64,000 nt of DNA from Paramecium tetraurelia (lineage: Eukaryota): NCBI GenBank assembly GCA_000165425.1, contig CT868518.1:312900-376899 (forward strand). Reading direction: 5' to 3'. Position numbers and translations under genes: made by a program. The notes beneath the pieces are model-generated. The model saw only the letters and a list, made by a program, of their open reading frames with translations. It was not told the origin of the DNA and made no database searches. Shown piece after piece: positions 1 to 12,589 of this stretch; within the stretch, counting starts at the first letter, position 1; each line of letters begins with the position of its first letter.

Positions 1-150
1 CTAAATTTGCTAGTCAGGATAAAACACTTAGGATATGGTGATGGGATATGAATTCCTAAAAGTATCAGTGCTCGAACGTTTTAGAAGCATTTGTGGAATT
101 TATGTGGTTGTTTTAATATAGATGATAATTAAATGATTTCAAGAGAACAA
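1..150 (+). pseudogene. Degenerate WD40 fragment
   Basis: Reads FASQDKTLRIW*WDMNSQKYQCSNVLEA (WD40-type S.DKT.RIW) with an in-frame TGA; truncated by window start. Confidence 0.35.
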
Positions 151-399
151 AATTAAGTATCATATTTAGGATTATAAGTTAAAAAATGGTAAAATTTAAA
201 AAATTTGGGTTTTGATACCTATCATATTTAAACGTTAAGTCTAAGCCAATATTAGTATTATTGTCCTTGCTGGTTTTTTGAGATTTATATTAGTCTAGCA
301 ATTTTTTTATTTCTTTTTCTCTCAACTTATAACATTCCTCTCTAATGCATATTAATTTAAATAGTTTCAATCTAAAAATTGTAATTATCCAATAAAATG

Positions 400-900
400 G
401 ATCAAAAAAACTCCCATACATACAAGGATTATCTAATATAAGGAAAAAATTGAAAATGATTTTCTAATAATTTATCTCTCTCTTAATTCATTAAAACTTG
501 TGAGTGTGGCATTTTTTTCAAACTGGATTTTAACCAATCACATATTTTTTCACTAGGATTAAACTGTGGTGTATATTTAGGTAAAAATTTAAGGGGAATC
601 AATTAGAATTTTTTTTGTACAATTTTACTTCGATGAACTTTAGAGTTGTCTAATATAAATATTACATCTCTTTCCTAATAATGATGGCTAATTTCTGAAA
701 CAGATCGATTAAATGTTGGGCATACACCTACCCGTTAACATTCCCTATCAATAACTAATAAGCTAAATACCTTCTTAACTAATAGCTCCAAATATTCCAA
801 TAGTGGAAATAAGTTATTTATAATCAACATATTTAGGGGAACTCATCGCTACCAAATTTTTGTACGTTTTATAGTATGTCCAAGGTTTCCAGCACACTGG
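400..900 (-). mobile_element. Degenerate IS630/Tc1/mariner DDE transposase, DD32E type (Sardine/Thon/Anchois-like germline transposon relic)
   Basis: Minus strand, code 6: IGIFGAISQEG (1-nt frameshift) YLAYQLLIGNVNGQVYAQHLIDLFQKLAIIIRKRDVIFILDNSKVHRSKIVQKKFQLIPLKFLPKYTPQFNPSEKICDWLK. Second Asp codon at 650-648 and Glu at 551-549 give 32 intervening residues. First Asp and terminal repeats not seen. Confidence 0.85.
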
Positions 901-992
901 CTCAGAATTTAAAGGGTTTATTTTGTGAATTTGGGAAAAAAAAAAAAAAGGCAAAAAATTATTTCTTTTCTTCATAAAATTTTTTTAAAGGA

Positions 993-1020
993 NNNNNNNN
1001 NNNNNNNNNNNNNNNNNNNN
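993..1020. other. Assembly gap (28 N)
   Basis: Run of N; flanks carry low-quality homopolymer runs. Confidence 1.
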
Positions 1021-1438
1021 GGCCACGCGTGGAATTTGCTGTATTTGTAAAGTTTATTCCTAATAAATATCCTTAAATGAAAAAATGATTAAATAATCTT
1101 CACTTTTTTTTAGTAAAATGTTTCGAACAAACTATTCGATTTAACATTTTTCATTTTGTTCTTATTAATTTCTTTGCTATTTTTATTATCTCTAACACAA
1201 TTTAAAATTAAGTGTCTTAACAAAGATTTTCTTCAAATTGAATATTTCTTCCCAATAAGCGCAATTATCTCCTCTCAAAATAATGAAACGATTGATATTT
1301 TTCATTACAATTTTAATGTCTTCTTACATTTAATTGTTCTGCTTCAATAATGAAAACTACAGCTCACCAATTTCATTTAATATTAAAAAAATTTTGAAGT
1401 TTATAGAGTAAATTAGATTAGATATCAACTTATGACAT
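1021..1438 (-). pseudogene. ORF remnant, possibly the N-terminal part of the transposase across the gap
   Basis: About 120 TGA-free codons (NEIGELQFSLLK...FSFKDIYQEQTLQIQQIP) running into the gap on the same strand as the transposase; ATG at 1438 needs a 1-nt correction in a homopolymer. No diagnostic motif. Confidence 0.3.
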
Positions 1439-1699
1439 GAGAAATAATAATTTCTTTTTTTGTAATTTTATTTCAATTGATTGAAATATTAATTTTTAAT
1501 TGAAAATAAAAATAAATTTTCAGGAAATGAAATTCAAATTTATTATATAATATTGTTTATTTAGATTTAAATATTCTTTGTCTTAAATGTAATCCATCTC
1601 ATTTATTTAAGCTATGCCATGCAGAAGAACTATTCAGTTTAATTTAATTGTTCAATATTATTTAATTCCTAATTATAATGAGTAAATAACTTCAATAAA

Positions 1700-2800
1700 G
1701 GGATACATTATTTCTGTGAAAGGGCTAACACTACTCTTTAAAAAAAATTCAATTAAAATTTGTTTCTGAATCTGCTTAATTTTTAATACTAGTAATCAAT
1801 ATTAATGATTTGTAAACCCATGCATATATATTGAAAGGAGGGGTAATTTGAAGGTGATAAAAAATTATTGTTGGAAATGATAAGGATATGAACTGAGTTA
1901 AGTTGGTAATGATTTCTTAATAGTTGAATAAGTACATTGACTTACAATAAAAAATAATTTGTTATTCTAATCACCAAGAAAAAAAAACTAAGACTTTAAA
2001 TTGAAATTGTACAAAGATAAAAATATTAACAATTTGGGTATAAAAATGGTTGAGAAAAATACATTTATTCCTAATGATTTTTTGTAGAAGGGTTGAATTT
2101 AGGTTGAGAAAAAAGAATTTAATATGCATTAAATATAAAATAATGGTTCAGACAATGTTAAATAAGATCAAAAAAGTAAGTGCTTTGTATGAAAGAAAAC
2201 TTGAAATAAAAAATGATTAGGTAATAATAGTTTTTGAGCTATTATTAATAAGTCATGTGGTATCGATCTGAAAAAACTCTGATTTGAAAAATTTATGATA
2301 AGTTAGCAACTCTTTTTTTATCTACTCTAAAGAGTAATAATTTGTTTGAAAATTAAAACTAATAATCCCTCAATAAATAAATAATACAAGTAATTAAACT
2401 ATTTGGAAAGGATGGAATCAAATAAATTTTGATGTGTAAAGGCACTCAATATTTTTAAATAATGATAATCTATTTGCTTTTTAAGAAAATGGTAAACCTA
2501 AAATTCTGATAATTTTAATTATAAAGTGAAGACAATAGAATTGAATAGAAACTTAATTAAAATTCAAAAAAGAATGATGATCTTTCTTCATCGCAATTTC
2601 CTTTTATATTTATAATGAAAACCAAAAAAAATTTTTGGTAAGGATGAACTGCTATGTATTCATTATAACTACCTCTGAAAATAAATAACTATCTTAATAT
2701 TAAAAAATTGAGTGTACCAATTATGATTTCTAAGGTGTATTAAGTAATTTGTATATATATACTTATTTTAAATTTTTTCAAAAAGACTTAAATCCAAAAT
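1700..2800 (+). pseudogene. Heavily decayed WD40-family gene
   Basis: Around 2570-2750 frameshifted pieces SQFP/FIYNETKKI/LVRMNCYVFII...KIECTNYDFQGVLSN resemble the C-terminal blade of the WD40 gene at 8768-10532; many frameshifts; boundaries approximate. Confidence 0.4.
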
Positions 2801-2997
2801 ATTAATTTTTGAAAAGAATAAAGTATTGGATTGTTTTCATATTGAAATTCCTTCAATTTTTATCTTTTCTTTCTACTTTAAACTATATAAAGTTCTAGTA
2901 GTAGTATTATTAGTACCAATATTTATGAATCTGAATTTAGATATTTTTTCAAAATAATTTAAGAAGAAAATTTATCATTATTAATAATTTATAGAAT

Positions 2998-4050
2998 ATG
3001 AAGTAAAGAATTAAAATTGTGTTTTAAGAAGAGTTCAATTTAGAAAAATTAATAGGTATTAGCAGTATAAAACAGAAAATCAATAATAGACCAAAATAAA
3101 TTGTTAGTGATGATGAGATTTTAGATGAATATGATTAGAGTGATGGAGATGAAGAGGTTCATTTTTGGGAATTAGATTTTGTTATCAATTCATCCAATTC
3201 AAAATATATAGCATTTGATATAAGTAAAGAAAACGATTATAGTGAAAGAAGCTACTTTCATGTAATTCTCGATACATAAACAAAAAAGATAAAGTATTAA
3301 AGGAAATTTTATGATAATTCTTATATTTAATTTACTCATGATTCTAAATACCTTATAATACAAGATGATTCAAAAAACGCTCTTGTTGATTTAGAGACCT
3401 TTAAAGAAAATTTAATTGATAATAAAGGGGATTCTATTATCTCAATAGATTCAGAAAACAATATCTATAAACTTCATTCTAAAATTGAGGATTCCTGCAA
3501 TCTAGTTGTCTACTCGATTTCTGATAACTCATAAAAAAACGTTAACATTAAATAAGAGATAATTATCGAAGATATAGTAGGTTTTGAAAAAATTTTCTTA
3601 AGTTATGCGTTTGTTGAAACTCAAAAAACCATTTATTTGCTATTTTTATAGAATAATAAAATACTTCAAAGATGCTTATAAAATCATTCTTATTTAGATA
3701 GCAAAAATTTGGTTCTTAAAAATTCTATTATTGTAAAATAAAACAAGAAACAAAATGACATTTATGTTAAGAGACTCAATAATTCAAAATTAATTAGGAA
3801 ATTTAAAAATGCTGACGATGCAATAATCTTTAAAACCACCTAATCTATCTACTAATATAATTTTTGTTAAGAAAAACTTAAGGGTGTAGATAAAATAGAA
3901 AGGACAAATCTCGTAACAGGAATTTCTATAAAGCCTGATTTAGATTTAGGAAAATATGACAGATAGTTTCATTAATAAGTATTTATTACATAAAATTATT
4001 TTCTTGATTTGTCAAGAGCAAAACTAAGATATTTTAGGATTTCAGATTGA
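2998..4050 (+). CDS. Hypothetical protein, 350 aa, single exon (beta-rich, possibly propeller-like)
   Basis: ATG 2998 to TGA 4048-4050 with no internal TGA in code 6; AT-rich leader upstream. Confidence 0.75.
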
Positions 4051-4300
4051 ACCACAATCGCATATTATTTATGTTGATATAATAAAAACATTATTTTTTT
4101 ATATGCATTTATTTTCCATATTCAAGTAGATTTGTAAATCATTTTTCTCTTATTTATCATTTTCTTTACCAAATAAAATTATATATAATAATTATCTAAA
4201 TGTCTTTATGCAATCTACAATAAACAAGACTTTATTTTCCTGTCTAATTTACTAAATATTTATGTTGAAAAGGTGAAGTAATTAAATTAAAAAAAAAAAA

Positions 4301-4450
4301 NNNNNNNNNNNNNNNNNNNNNNNNNNNNNNNNNNNNNNNNNNNNNNNNNNNNNNNNNNNNNNNNNNNNNNNNNNNNNNNNNNNNNNNNNNNNNNNNNNNN
4401 NNNNNNNNNNNNNNNNNNNNNNNNNNNNNNNNNNNNNNNNNNNNNNNNNN
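4301..4450. other. Assembly gap (150 N)
   Basis: Run of N. Confidence 1.
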
Positions 4451-4569
4451 CGATATTTAAGATTAGAAATTAAGTATATATATATATCCTTAATGAATCA
4501 CACTTTTATTTTTAGCATAGATAAATTAATTACATATATATAATATAATTTACCTTAAGTCTTATTAAG

Positions 4570-5794
4570 ATGCAAAGTAATGACATAAAACTCAAATGTT
4601 CAGTTTCAAATCATGATGCTCTTGTATAATTAGTGTGTTTTGAACCAGATTGCAAGGCATTTAGATTCTTTTGTATTTAGTGTTAAAAAGATGGAATTCA
4701 TCAAAATCATGTCCAAATGTGTTTTGAAATACCTAAATTGTTTGAATACGCATAAAAGGTTGGAAAAGAATGTGATGATCTTCTAGAGATAGTGAATAAA
4801 TAATGGAAATCAATCAAATATTAATTTTAAACATTGATTGAAGGAATCAAGAAAAAATACATCATCTCAAATACATTTTTGATTTAGCTTAATTATTCAT
4901 AGTTAAATTAAACCTTAGAAGATTTGATTAATTTTCAATCATAAAACTCTTTTATTAAGAATACAATTTAAAACACTTTATTTGATTTTATTGAAAAAAT
5001 AGAAAAACTGGAGCAAGAAATTAAACTACATGAAAAACCACTTTCTTTTCATATATCTAAATAGGAAATAGAGAAATCATAAGAATTATTTTATAAAGGT
5101 ATCATAAATTTAATAATTTAGGATATGAATTATATTAAGATAATGACAAGTATGATGAAGCCATCATCATATTAGATCAAGCAATCAATTTAAATCCAAA
5201 TAACTATCAGGCTATCTGGTGTAAAGGTATTAAAATTATATATTATTAGCTGCAAGTTTAAGAATGCTTGGCTAATATAAAAAAGCTATTATTTGGGCTG
5301 ACAAAGCTTTATTATTAGATCCAAAACATAATTTTTCACTTTATTGTAAAGGTAGAAATTTATTTCTATATTTTAGCTGCATGTTTAAGAATGTTGGATC
5401 AATATGAAGAAGCAATTATTTGGGCCAATAAAGCATTAGCTATAGATTCTTAAGATTGTTTTGCTTTATCATGTAAAGGTATTTAATTTTAAATACTAAA
5501 GGATCTTCACTACGATTGTTGAAAAGGTTCAACGAAGCAATTAAAGTTATTAATGCATCATTAACTATTAATCCAAATCATTTTGATTCATTAAAGGAGA
5601 AAGGTTTTCTTAAAGATTATGCATATATTAGGTGCATGTTTACATGATGAACATCAATATCAATAAGCAATGTTATTCTACGAATAGGCTTTGAGGATTT
5701 TTCCAGGTGACCAATGGACCAAAGATAGATTAGGTATTGATTCGAAATATTTCAAGATAAATGTTTGCAAGCTCTAAAACCAAAGTAAAAATGA
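4570..5794 (+). CDS. TPR-repeat protein with N-terminal Cys/His (zinc-binding-like) and coiled-coil region
   Basis: N-term C-x3-H..C-x4-C..C-x2-C..H-x2-H; five TPR units (e.g. SLRMLGQYKKAIIWADKALLLDPKHNFSLYCK); six GT-AG introns at 5099-5121, 5227-5249, 5352-5376, 5479-5501, 5604-5631, 5734-5756; TGA 5792-5794. Confidence 0.92.
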
Positions 5795-6254
5795 TTCCCT
5801 TTCATGAGTTATTAATCCACATTTGAAAGTTATAATTTAATTATCTATTACTGTAATAAATCAAAATAAACGGTCGCAGTAGATGCTTTAAGATCCTTTT
5901 AATCTTCTATGTTTTACTCAAGCAGCAAAGCTTGAGTAAATACCAATAAGATCTCGTTATAAAATATTATGTATTAATTAAATCTTATACAATAGGATTT
6001 ACCAAAACATAAATATACTAAAGAGCAATTCATAAATATTTAATTCGTTAAGTAGGATGAATTTACAACTTTTGAATAATCCTTTCTTATATTATTTTTG
6101 CCCAAAGAAGCCAAAATTAATGTTTGAAAAATTTGGAAGTCATTATTATATACCATACAAGGGAATGTTCCAAACAAACATTATTCTTTAAATGCAATTT
6201 GAGAGTAAAGGTATAAATTTAAACTCCATTAACAATTTTATTTATCATAAATTT

Positions 6255-8480
6255 TATGTTGATTTTAATTATGTTTGCAATTAGCCTCTTCTAATAACTG
6301 GCTGATATCATAATCATGTTCAACCCTTTATAATCCTGCTATATTTCAACACAAAAGTTGCCCTGTAAATCCCATCAAATTTGCTCGACTCAGGTCAGGG
6401 AATTCAAGAATAGATAAGAAATTTATGGAAAAAGTTGTTAAACTGAAGTAATAGTTGATATTTTTTGATGATACTTCAAGCAGCAATGCAGCTCTATTAA
6501 AAATTAATCATATAACTCCATCTATATTATAAATATTGTATCAAAGCAGCTAAAAATTAACAAATTTAACTCAAAATGCAGCAGGAATATATGAAAGCAC
6601 AAGAATCTCTAGATTTTTTGACTATTGTTGATAGTATTTAATGTTGTTTTCTAACTTTACATCTTAGGTTTAATAATAATAATAATTCAATATCCCTCCA
6701 GAGCTAGAATATAAAAACGAGGATTGATGTACGAAATTTGTTTGTCTATGTCAAATATTATTTACCAACTTGCTTGAGTTGTTTAAGTTCAAATAGCTAT
6801 TTAACTTGCTCTTATGGTATTCTATTGACGGATGGATCTTGCAATTGCGATCCTCTTCATTAATTTCCTAAACTGGAATTGGATGCAGACAAGAATGTGA
6901 AAGAGATTATTTTATAGCAAGATCAGATGATATTTGTGTTTCAGAAGGAAGGATTAAATCGAATGTTTGATTTTTGAAACTCCAACTTTTAATTTATCTA
7001 AGATTATTAATAATTTAGAAGTACTCCATTATTGATTTACTCTTGTAATTTTAATAGTTACGTTGGAAGTTTACTTTATAATGAGGGAATGAGTTTAAAA
7101 TTCGCAAATTCACAATCATTAACATTTATTAGACTCAGAATTACATTTTACATCAAAGACTTTTTGACTGATAATTGAATATAAATAAAACTTGATAAGG
7201 TGAAATAATCAAAACATAAACAGATTATAATTTTATAAAATCAGAAAGGTTTCAAGTTTTACATGCTCTACTCATGATTTAATTAGAATTGAAGTAATTC
7301 TTCGAACTTACTCTCTTAAACCAAGACTTTTGTTAAAAGGATCTTAAATAACCTAAGCAACTTCAATCTGGGGATTTAAAAACATCACAATTGATAGTGG
7401 CAATTGCAAAGAAAATTGTTTAGTGTGTGCAGATTTCTCCACATATCAACAATGCCTGGTTGGCTAAATTTTATATAAAATGGATGTGTTAGTTCTTGTC
7501 CTGCCTATTCTATTAATTGTGATGATTATGCTATCATACAATGTAACTATATAATTAATTCTTATACTCTCGTTACTTAGCAAAAGGATTTTATAATTTA
7601 AATATGACTAATTCAGATATCAACAATTTCTTTGATACAACTATTTCTAATGGTAATAACTTCATGACAGGCTACAAGTTTTCTACATTTCCTACTTAAT
7701 TCATTTAAGGATGCGGTATGGTATGGAATAATGCTATATATTAAAAACCATGGAGTATATCCAAACCTCACTATGTTGTTACATTTAGATCTAATGTTAC
7801 ATATGGTGATGGATATGGCGGAGTTTTAATCACAAAATTTAAGGTGTAAAATCCGCTGCCTATACAAATCCATTATCAGGTGGTTATAGAAATTATCATT
7901 AATTAAAATACAACCTAACCATATATATCTTGAAATTTTACAACCATATACAACTTTATTGGTAGGACTCAAGCAGATATAATAAGATATTTTGAAATCT
8001 TTTAGAATACATTCTAATAGTCTACTTTAGATATTGAGTTTCAAAGTACAGGCAAATCCAATAGATATTATAGATAAAGATCATTAGAAGAAATCTTCAT
8101 TCAGGAAATAATAATAGTTCCTTAAAGATAAGTATATGTAACTGATGAATTTAAAGCTCTAAGGGGAAATTATGGCTTTGACTTACAAAGTGTGTTTTCA
8201 GCCTAAATATATTTAGCATCTCTAGCAATATTATTTGGAAGATTTAAAATCTTTTTTTTGCCCTCCTTATATTTTGTGTTGGATGAATAACTTTTATTTC
8301 TTAAATGATAATCATCCAGAGCAGAATTTTATCTAAAATATGTTTGAATTGTTTAAAAATTAATTATCTTAACCTTGGTCCCAGATTTTTTGAATAAATA
8401 TAATTGTGGGTTGTACAATTATTTTTGCATTTTAAGACAGATTCCAAATATTAAATGATGAATCTGTCTTCTTGGGAGGA
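6255..8480 (+). pseudogene. Frameshifted cysteine-rich (furin-like repeat) surface/secreted protein gene
   Basis: Hydrophobic start MLILIMFAISL; Cys-rich segments such as DSGNCKENCLVCADFSTYQQCLVG / NGCVSSCPAYSINCDDY lie in different frames; multiple frameshifts and TGA; boundaries approximate. Confidence 0.6.
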
Positions 8481-8767
8481 ATTAAAATCATAGATTGCAT
8501 ATTTGAAAAACGCAAATGTACTTGTAATGTATTTATAAATTGAAATATAGTTTTTTATATTATACTAATATCATTAATAGATTGATTGATATTAATAGTT
8601 CATTTATTTGGATATAAAAAATTCTAATGTGCTTACTATCAGAAAATTATGATAAAATTTTATAGAGAAGATATATACTGTTTAACAAATTTGATTATTT
8701 TTATCAACAAAACAAGATCATTAAATTAGATATAAATATTAAATATAATAATATTCATTTAGATCTT

Positions 8768-10532
8768 TCATTTATTAAATAACCTGAATATCTACAGTTG
8801 CTACTAAATTTAATCGAATAAAACAAGATATTCACCATTTTTTGTTAATGCTCCACACATATCATTAATTCCAAAATCGTGTCTATATATAATTCTAAAT
8901 TTATCTTATTTCTAATATTTAATTATGTATATTTTATGCTTATGTCTTACTATTATTATTTCGAGTTCTTGATTATAAATTATAGGGAATTAAGAATAAT
9001 CATTATACTCAATATTCTTATCTAATTAGATTAGAGAGTCCAACTATTCTTCAAATTTTCCATATTATTATGAATATACCTAAATTTTATCTTAATTCTT
9101 TCCATAAGATACCCAAAGAAATTTGGAATCATTTATAAATTGCAGTTTCAGTCTATAAATTGATGATTTAATTATTTATAAAGGTTCCCATTTATTATTT
9201 GCTCCTTCTTGCCATAATATTATTTCACCAAAAGCACAAGATGCAAATAACGATTCAGATTAATTGAAATTTAATTAGCGCACTTAATTCTCGTATTTAT
9301 CAATAGAATATCTAAATTTGAGTTCATTATTATTAAGATCTACTTCCCAAAAAGTTAATAATTTATAATATCCTCCTGAAATTAGCTGATCTTCTGATTT
9401 ATTTAAAATCAAACATAAAACACTATCATTATGTTCTTCAAATGGTTACGAACTTTTTCCATTCATCATTATTGATATATTTCCAACAAATAATAGTTTG
9501 ATCATCTGATCCAAAAATAAAACTATTAAGTTATTTACTATAGACTAAGCAATTTATATTACCCTAATGTACATTTTAAGTTTGCAATAGTTCTACTTTT
9601 TCTTCGTTAAATTTCCATATCCTAATAGCGGATTACTCATTTGAAACCATTATTGATCCAGTTTAATTAAAGACTATTGTTGAACAATTAAGTAATTATT
9701 TTTTGAATCATCAATTAACTCAATTCTAAATTACTTATATTTCAATAATTCTTAGTTCTCATCAATAATTTGCTCCTATTAAATAGGATTCAGCTCTGAC
9801 TATTCTTGAACCAATGTTTCTTAATTAATATTCCATAATTTTATTAATTTTATCCATATTTCTCACTTTTTTAAAATGGTTCAAAATACTTCATCTTTGT
9901 AATAATTTTTTCATTTTATTATTAATTTTTACTATTTCATCAATTAGTGGTTAACATGAAAATAAAGTATATCTTTTTCCATTACCTCATAGAAATCATA
10001 TACTAAATATTTTTATCCTGTTTTCTCTAGGTTTACTATCCACTCTTTAGTGCTATAAATGAAATTATCCAAATATTCAATTACTTTATTTTTCCAGGAA
10101 TCAATTACATTTTTCATTTTTACAATTGCTTTACAATTAATCTCTATGACACCATTCACCTTGTTTCTCTTTTCCTTCTGATTTTTTGTTATTTGTTCTA
10201 GATAGTCATCAAAACTGGAAACTTGGCTCTAATTTGTAAAGCATAATTCACATAATAGCCTTTTATTGTTTTGAATGTTTTTTTCAAGATTAATTTTATA
10301 GATTTGAAGATTATGATTCATTGAACACACAAGATCTTTCTAATTTTTTGAATCATTTTAGGTTAAATCATTAATAATCAAATAATTATTAATTAAAAAT
10401 ATACTAAATAAAATATAACTATTTTTACGACTATAAACAATCTGGAGCTGAAATCTTATGAAATATGCATCAAATTATTTAATTAGAAGAAGTTGAATAA
10501 TTTGATGATGATGATTAATTTGTTAAATTCAT
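8768..10532 (-). pseudogene. WD40-repeat gene of the expanded Paramecium family, disrupted
   Basis: WD units HQGNINCLVYSKQLNSFIFGSDDQTIICWK and HNDSVLCLILNKSEDQLISGG; N-terminal CSMNH..LCELC motif; frameshift in the A-run at 9699-9704 and TGA/frameshifts near 9890-9960; natural TGA at 8768-8770. Confidence 0.75.
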
Positions 10533-11217
10533 TTTTAAATACCTGAAATTTTCAATTGATTTCTTTCTAAATTTCGAAGGATAATTTTATTAAACATTTC
10601 GCTATTGAACTATCTCTATAAACAAAAAGTCAATACGAAAATCTTCAGATATTTGTAAAATCAATACAAGTAGAATTCCTAATTTTTTTTAGATTAGTTT
10701 CCGGATTTGACAAAATACTAATTCCCTTTAATATTTAGAGAAGCAATTTAATAAGTATTTATAATTAGATCTCTTTATATTATCTGATAGGGATTGAAAC
10801 TTTTTCATCTATATATTAGAGAATAAATTGAATATAGATATTAGATATTCTAATTAAAAATAAGGCAGCAGAAATAAATCAAAAAACAGATGTTGAATAA
10901 TAAATACCCTTATATGTTCCATCGAAAAAACTATGTAGGTAATGCATAGATAATATCGACTTTCACAATGATTAAAATATGTGCAAGAGGGGAATATTGG
11001 AATTTAAATAACCCTTTTTTACTGAAATGATATTAAAAATTATGTAGAGGTAAATGAAATTTATTAATTCAAATAAAACAATATTATATTTTTTAATTTA
11101 TTATGAATTGTATTAAATTAAAGATTGAGTTATTTGAATGTATGAAATTTTTATAAAATTCGTTGTTCTAATATTGTAATTAATAAAATATTATATAACA
11201 ACTAAAAACATCCATTG

Positions 11218-12509
11218 ATGTTTCTAGACTTAGTATTCAATTTTTGTTGCTCTAAACGGCAGAAAGATGATAAAGATACAAAATCTTAAAATAGTAACAA
11301 AAGTCAAGAGGAGTAAATAATAGAACAGAAAAGAATGGAGTTGGACCTTGGGAAAGGAGGTTCTAATCAGATATAAAGTAGCAAAATATTGAGTTTTATA
11401 AGAATCATAACCGTAATCATCAATAGTATCGCCTACGGACAATTATTTCCAACTGAATGATGAAAAGTAATAAAAAAAGAGTAGTTTCGAAGAAGATAAT
11501 ATCGATGAGAATCAATTTAATTTTGAAGGTAATGAGGAACCAAAATTGAATACTAACAATGTTAAAGATCATTTGGGGAAACGGTAAATAAAAAGAATGT
11601 TAAAAAAATAGTTCTAAGTCTTAGGAGAAATAAGAGAAGGGTTTGAAAAAGAAAATCAGCAAGAACAAAGAGAAAGCAGAAGGAGATAAAAGAGTGGTGA
11701 AGATTTGGTAACCGGAAGAAGATTAGAGGTTGAGGAAACTCTATCAAGAATATCAAGGAAATTGGAGCAAAATCATATAATTTATGCCAGACAGAAACAT
11801 TTCTTAATGTTCTTAGAGATGGAGAAGGATAAATCCAATATAAGTGAATTAGTAATTGTATTATAGAGTAAATAAAAGTGGACTTAAGATGAGGATACAA
11901 AGTTAGTATCTATGGTTGCAGTAGAAGGCAAAAACTGGACTAAATTAGCTAAGAATTTCCCAGGAAGAACAGGAAAATAAATTCGAGAAAGGTATCTCAA
12001 TAAATTAGATCCAACTCTTAATTTTGTAGCATGGACAGAATAAGAAGATCAAGAAATAGTGAAATATTACAATTAATATGGTGCTAAGTGGAGTTAGGTT
12101 GCCTCACATTTGAAAGGGAGATCGGTATTCATTGTAAATATTTAGGAAAATATGGTGAAGAATAGGTTTTATTCGCATATTCAGAAATATCTCTTGGGTA
12201 GATAAAATAAATACTAAATAATTTATAAATAAGGCAAGAATTAAAAATAACAGAATGGCAGTTCATAAATGATTGAAGTAGGTCAGAATATGGATGTTGA
12301 ATATTCTGACACTTCTAATAGTGATATGAAGTTAGTTCATTCTGAAAATTATTCAGTATTTTTAGTTTTTAATATTTTAGTCTTCCATTGGATCAAGCAC
12401 ATTTACTTTTTCTTATTATGACAATGATGAATTTAGTGGGAATGGAGAGGATCTGGATTATGATAATTAATTTGATCATGAATTCGCCGAAAAAGCAAGA
12501 TTATTTTGA
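11218..12509 (+). CDS. Three-repeat (3R) Myb DNA-binding protein
   Basis: WQPEEDQRLRKLY..RNISQCSQRWRRI; WTQDEDTKLVSMV..GRTGKQIRERYLNKLDP; WTEQEDQEIVKYYNQYGAKWSQVASHLKGRSENMVKNRFYS; about 5 short introns. Confidence 0.92.
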
Positions 12510-12589
12510 ATTGTTATATTTTTTATCAAATAAAATTATGATTTAGTTGAGACCTTAAATTTCACTAAAAATTGACAAAATCTCTAAAG

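Noticed and set aside
1036..1366. IES/transposon end-like motifs TTGCTGTA and TACAGCTC
   Set aside because: They point away from each other rather than flanking a segment, and such short motifs are common by chance.
10900..11060. Loose direct repeat (AAATA(A)CCCTT...TATGTAG(A)GGTAA) upstream of the Myb gene
   Set aside because: Short, imperfect and expected in AT-rich DNA.
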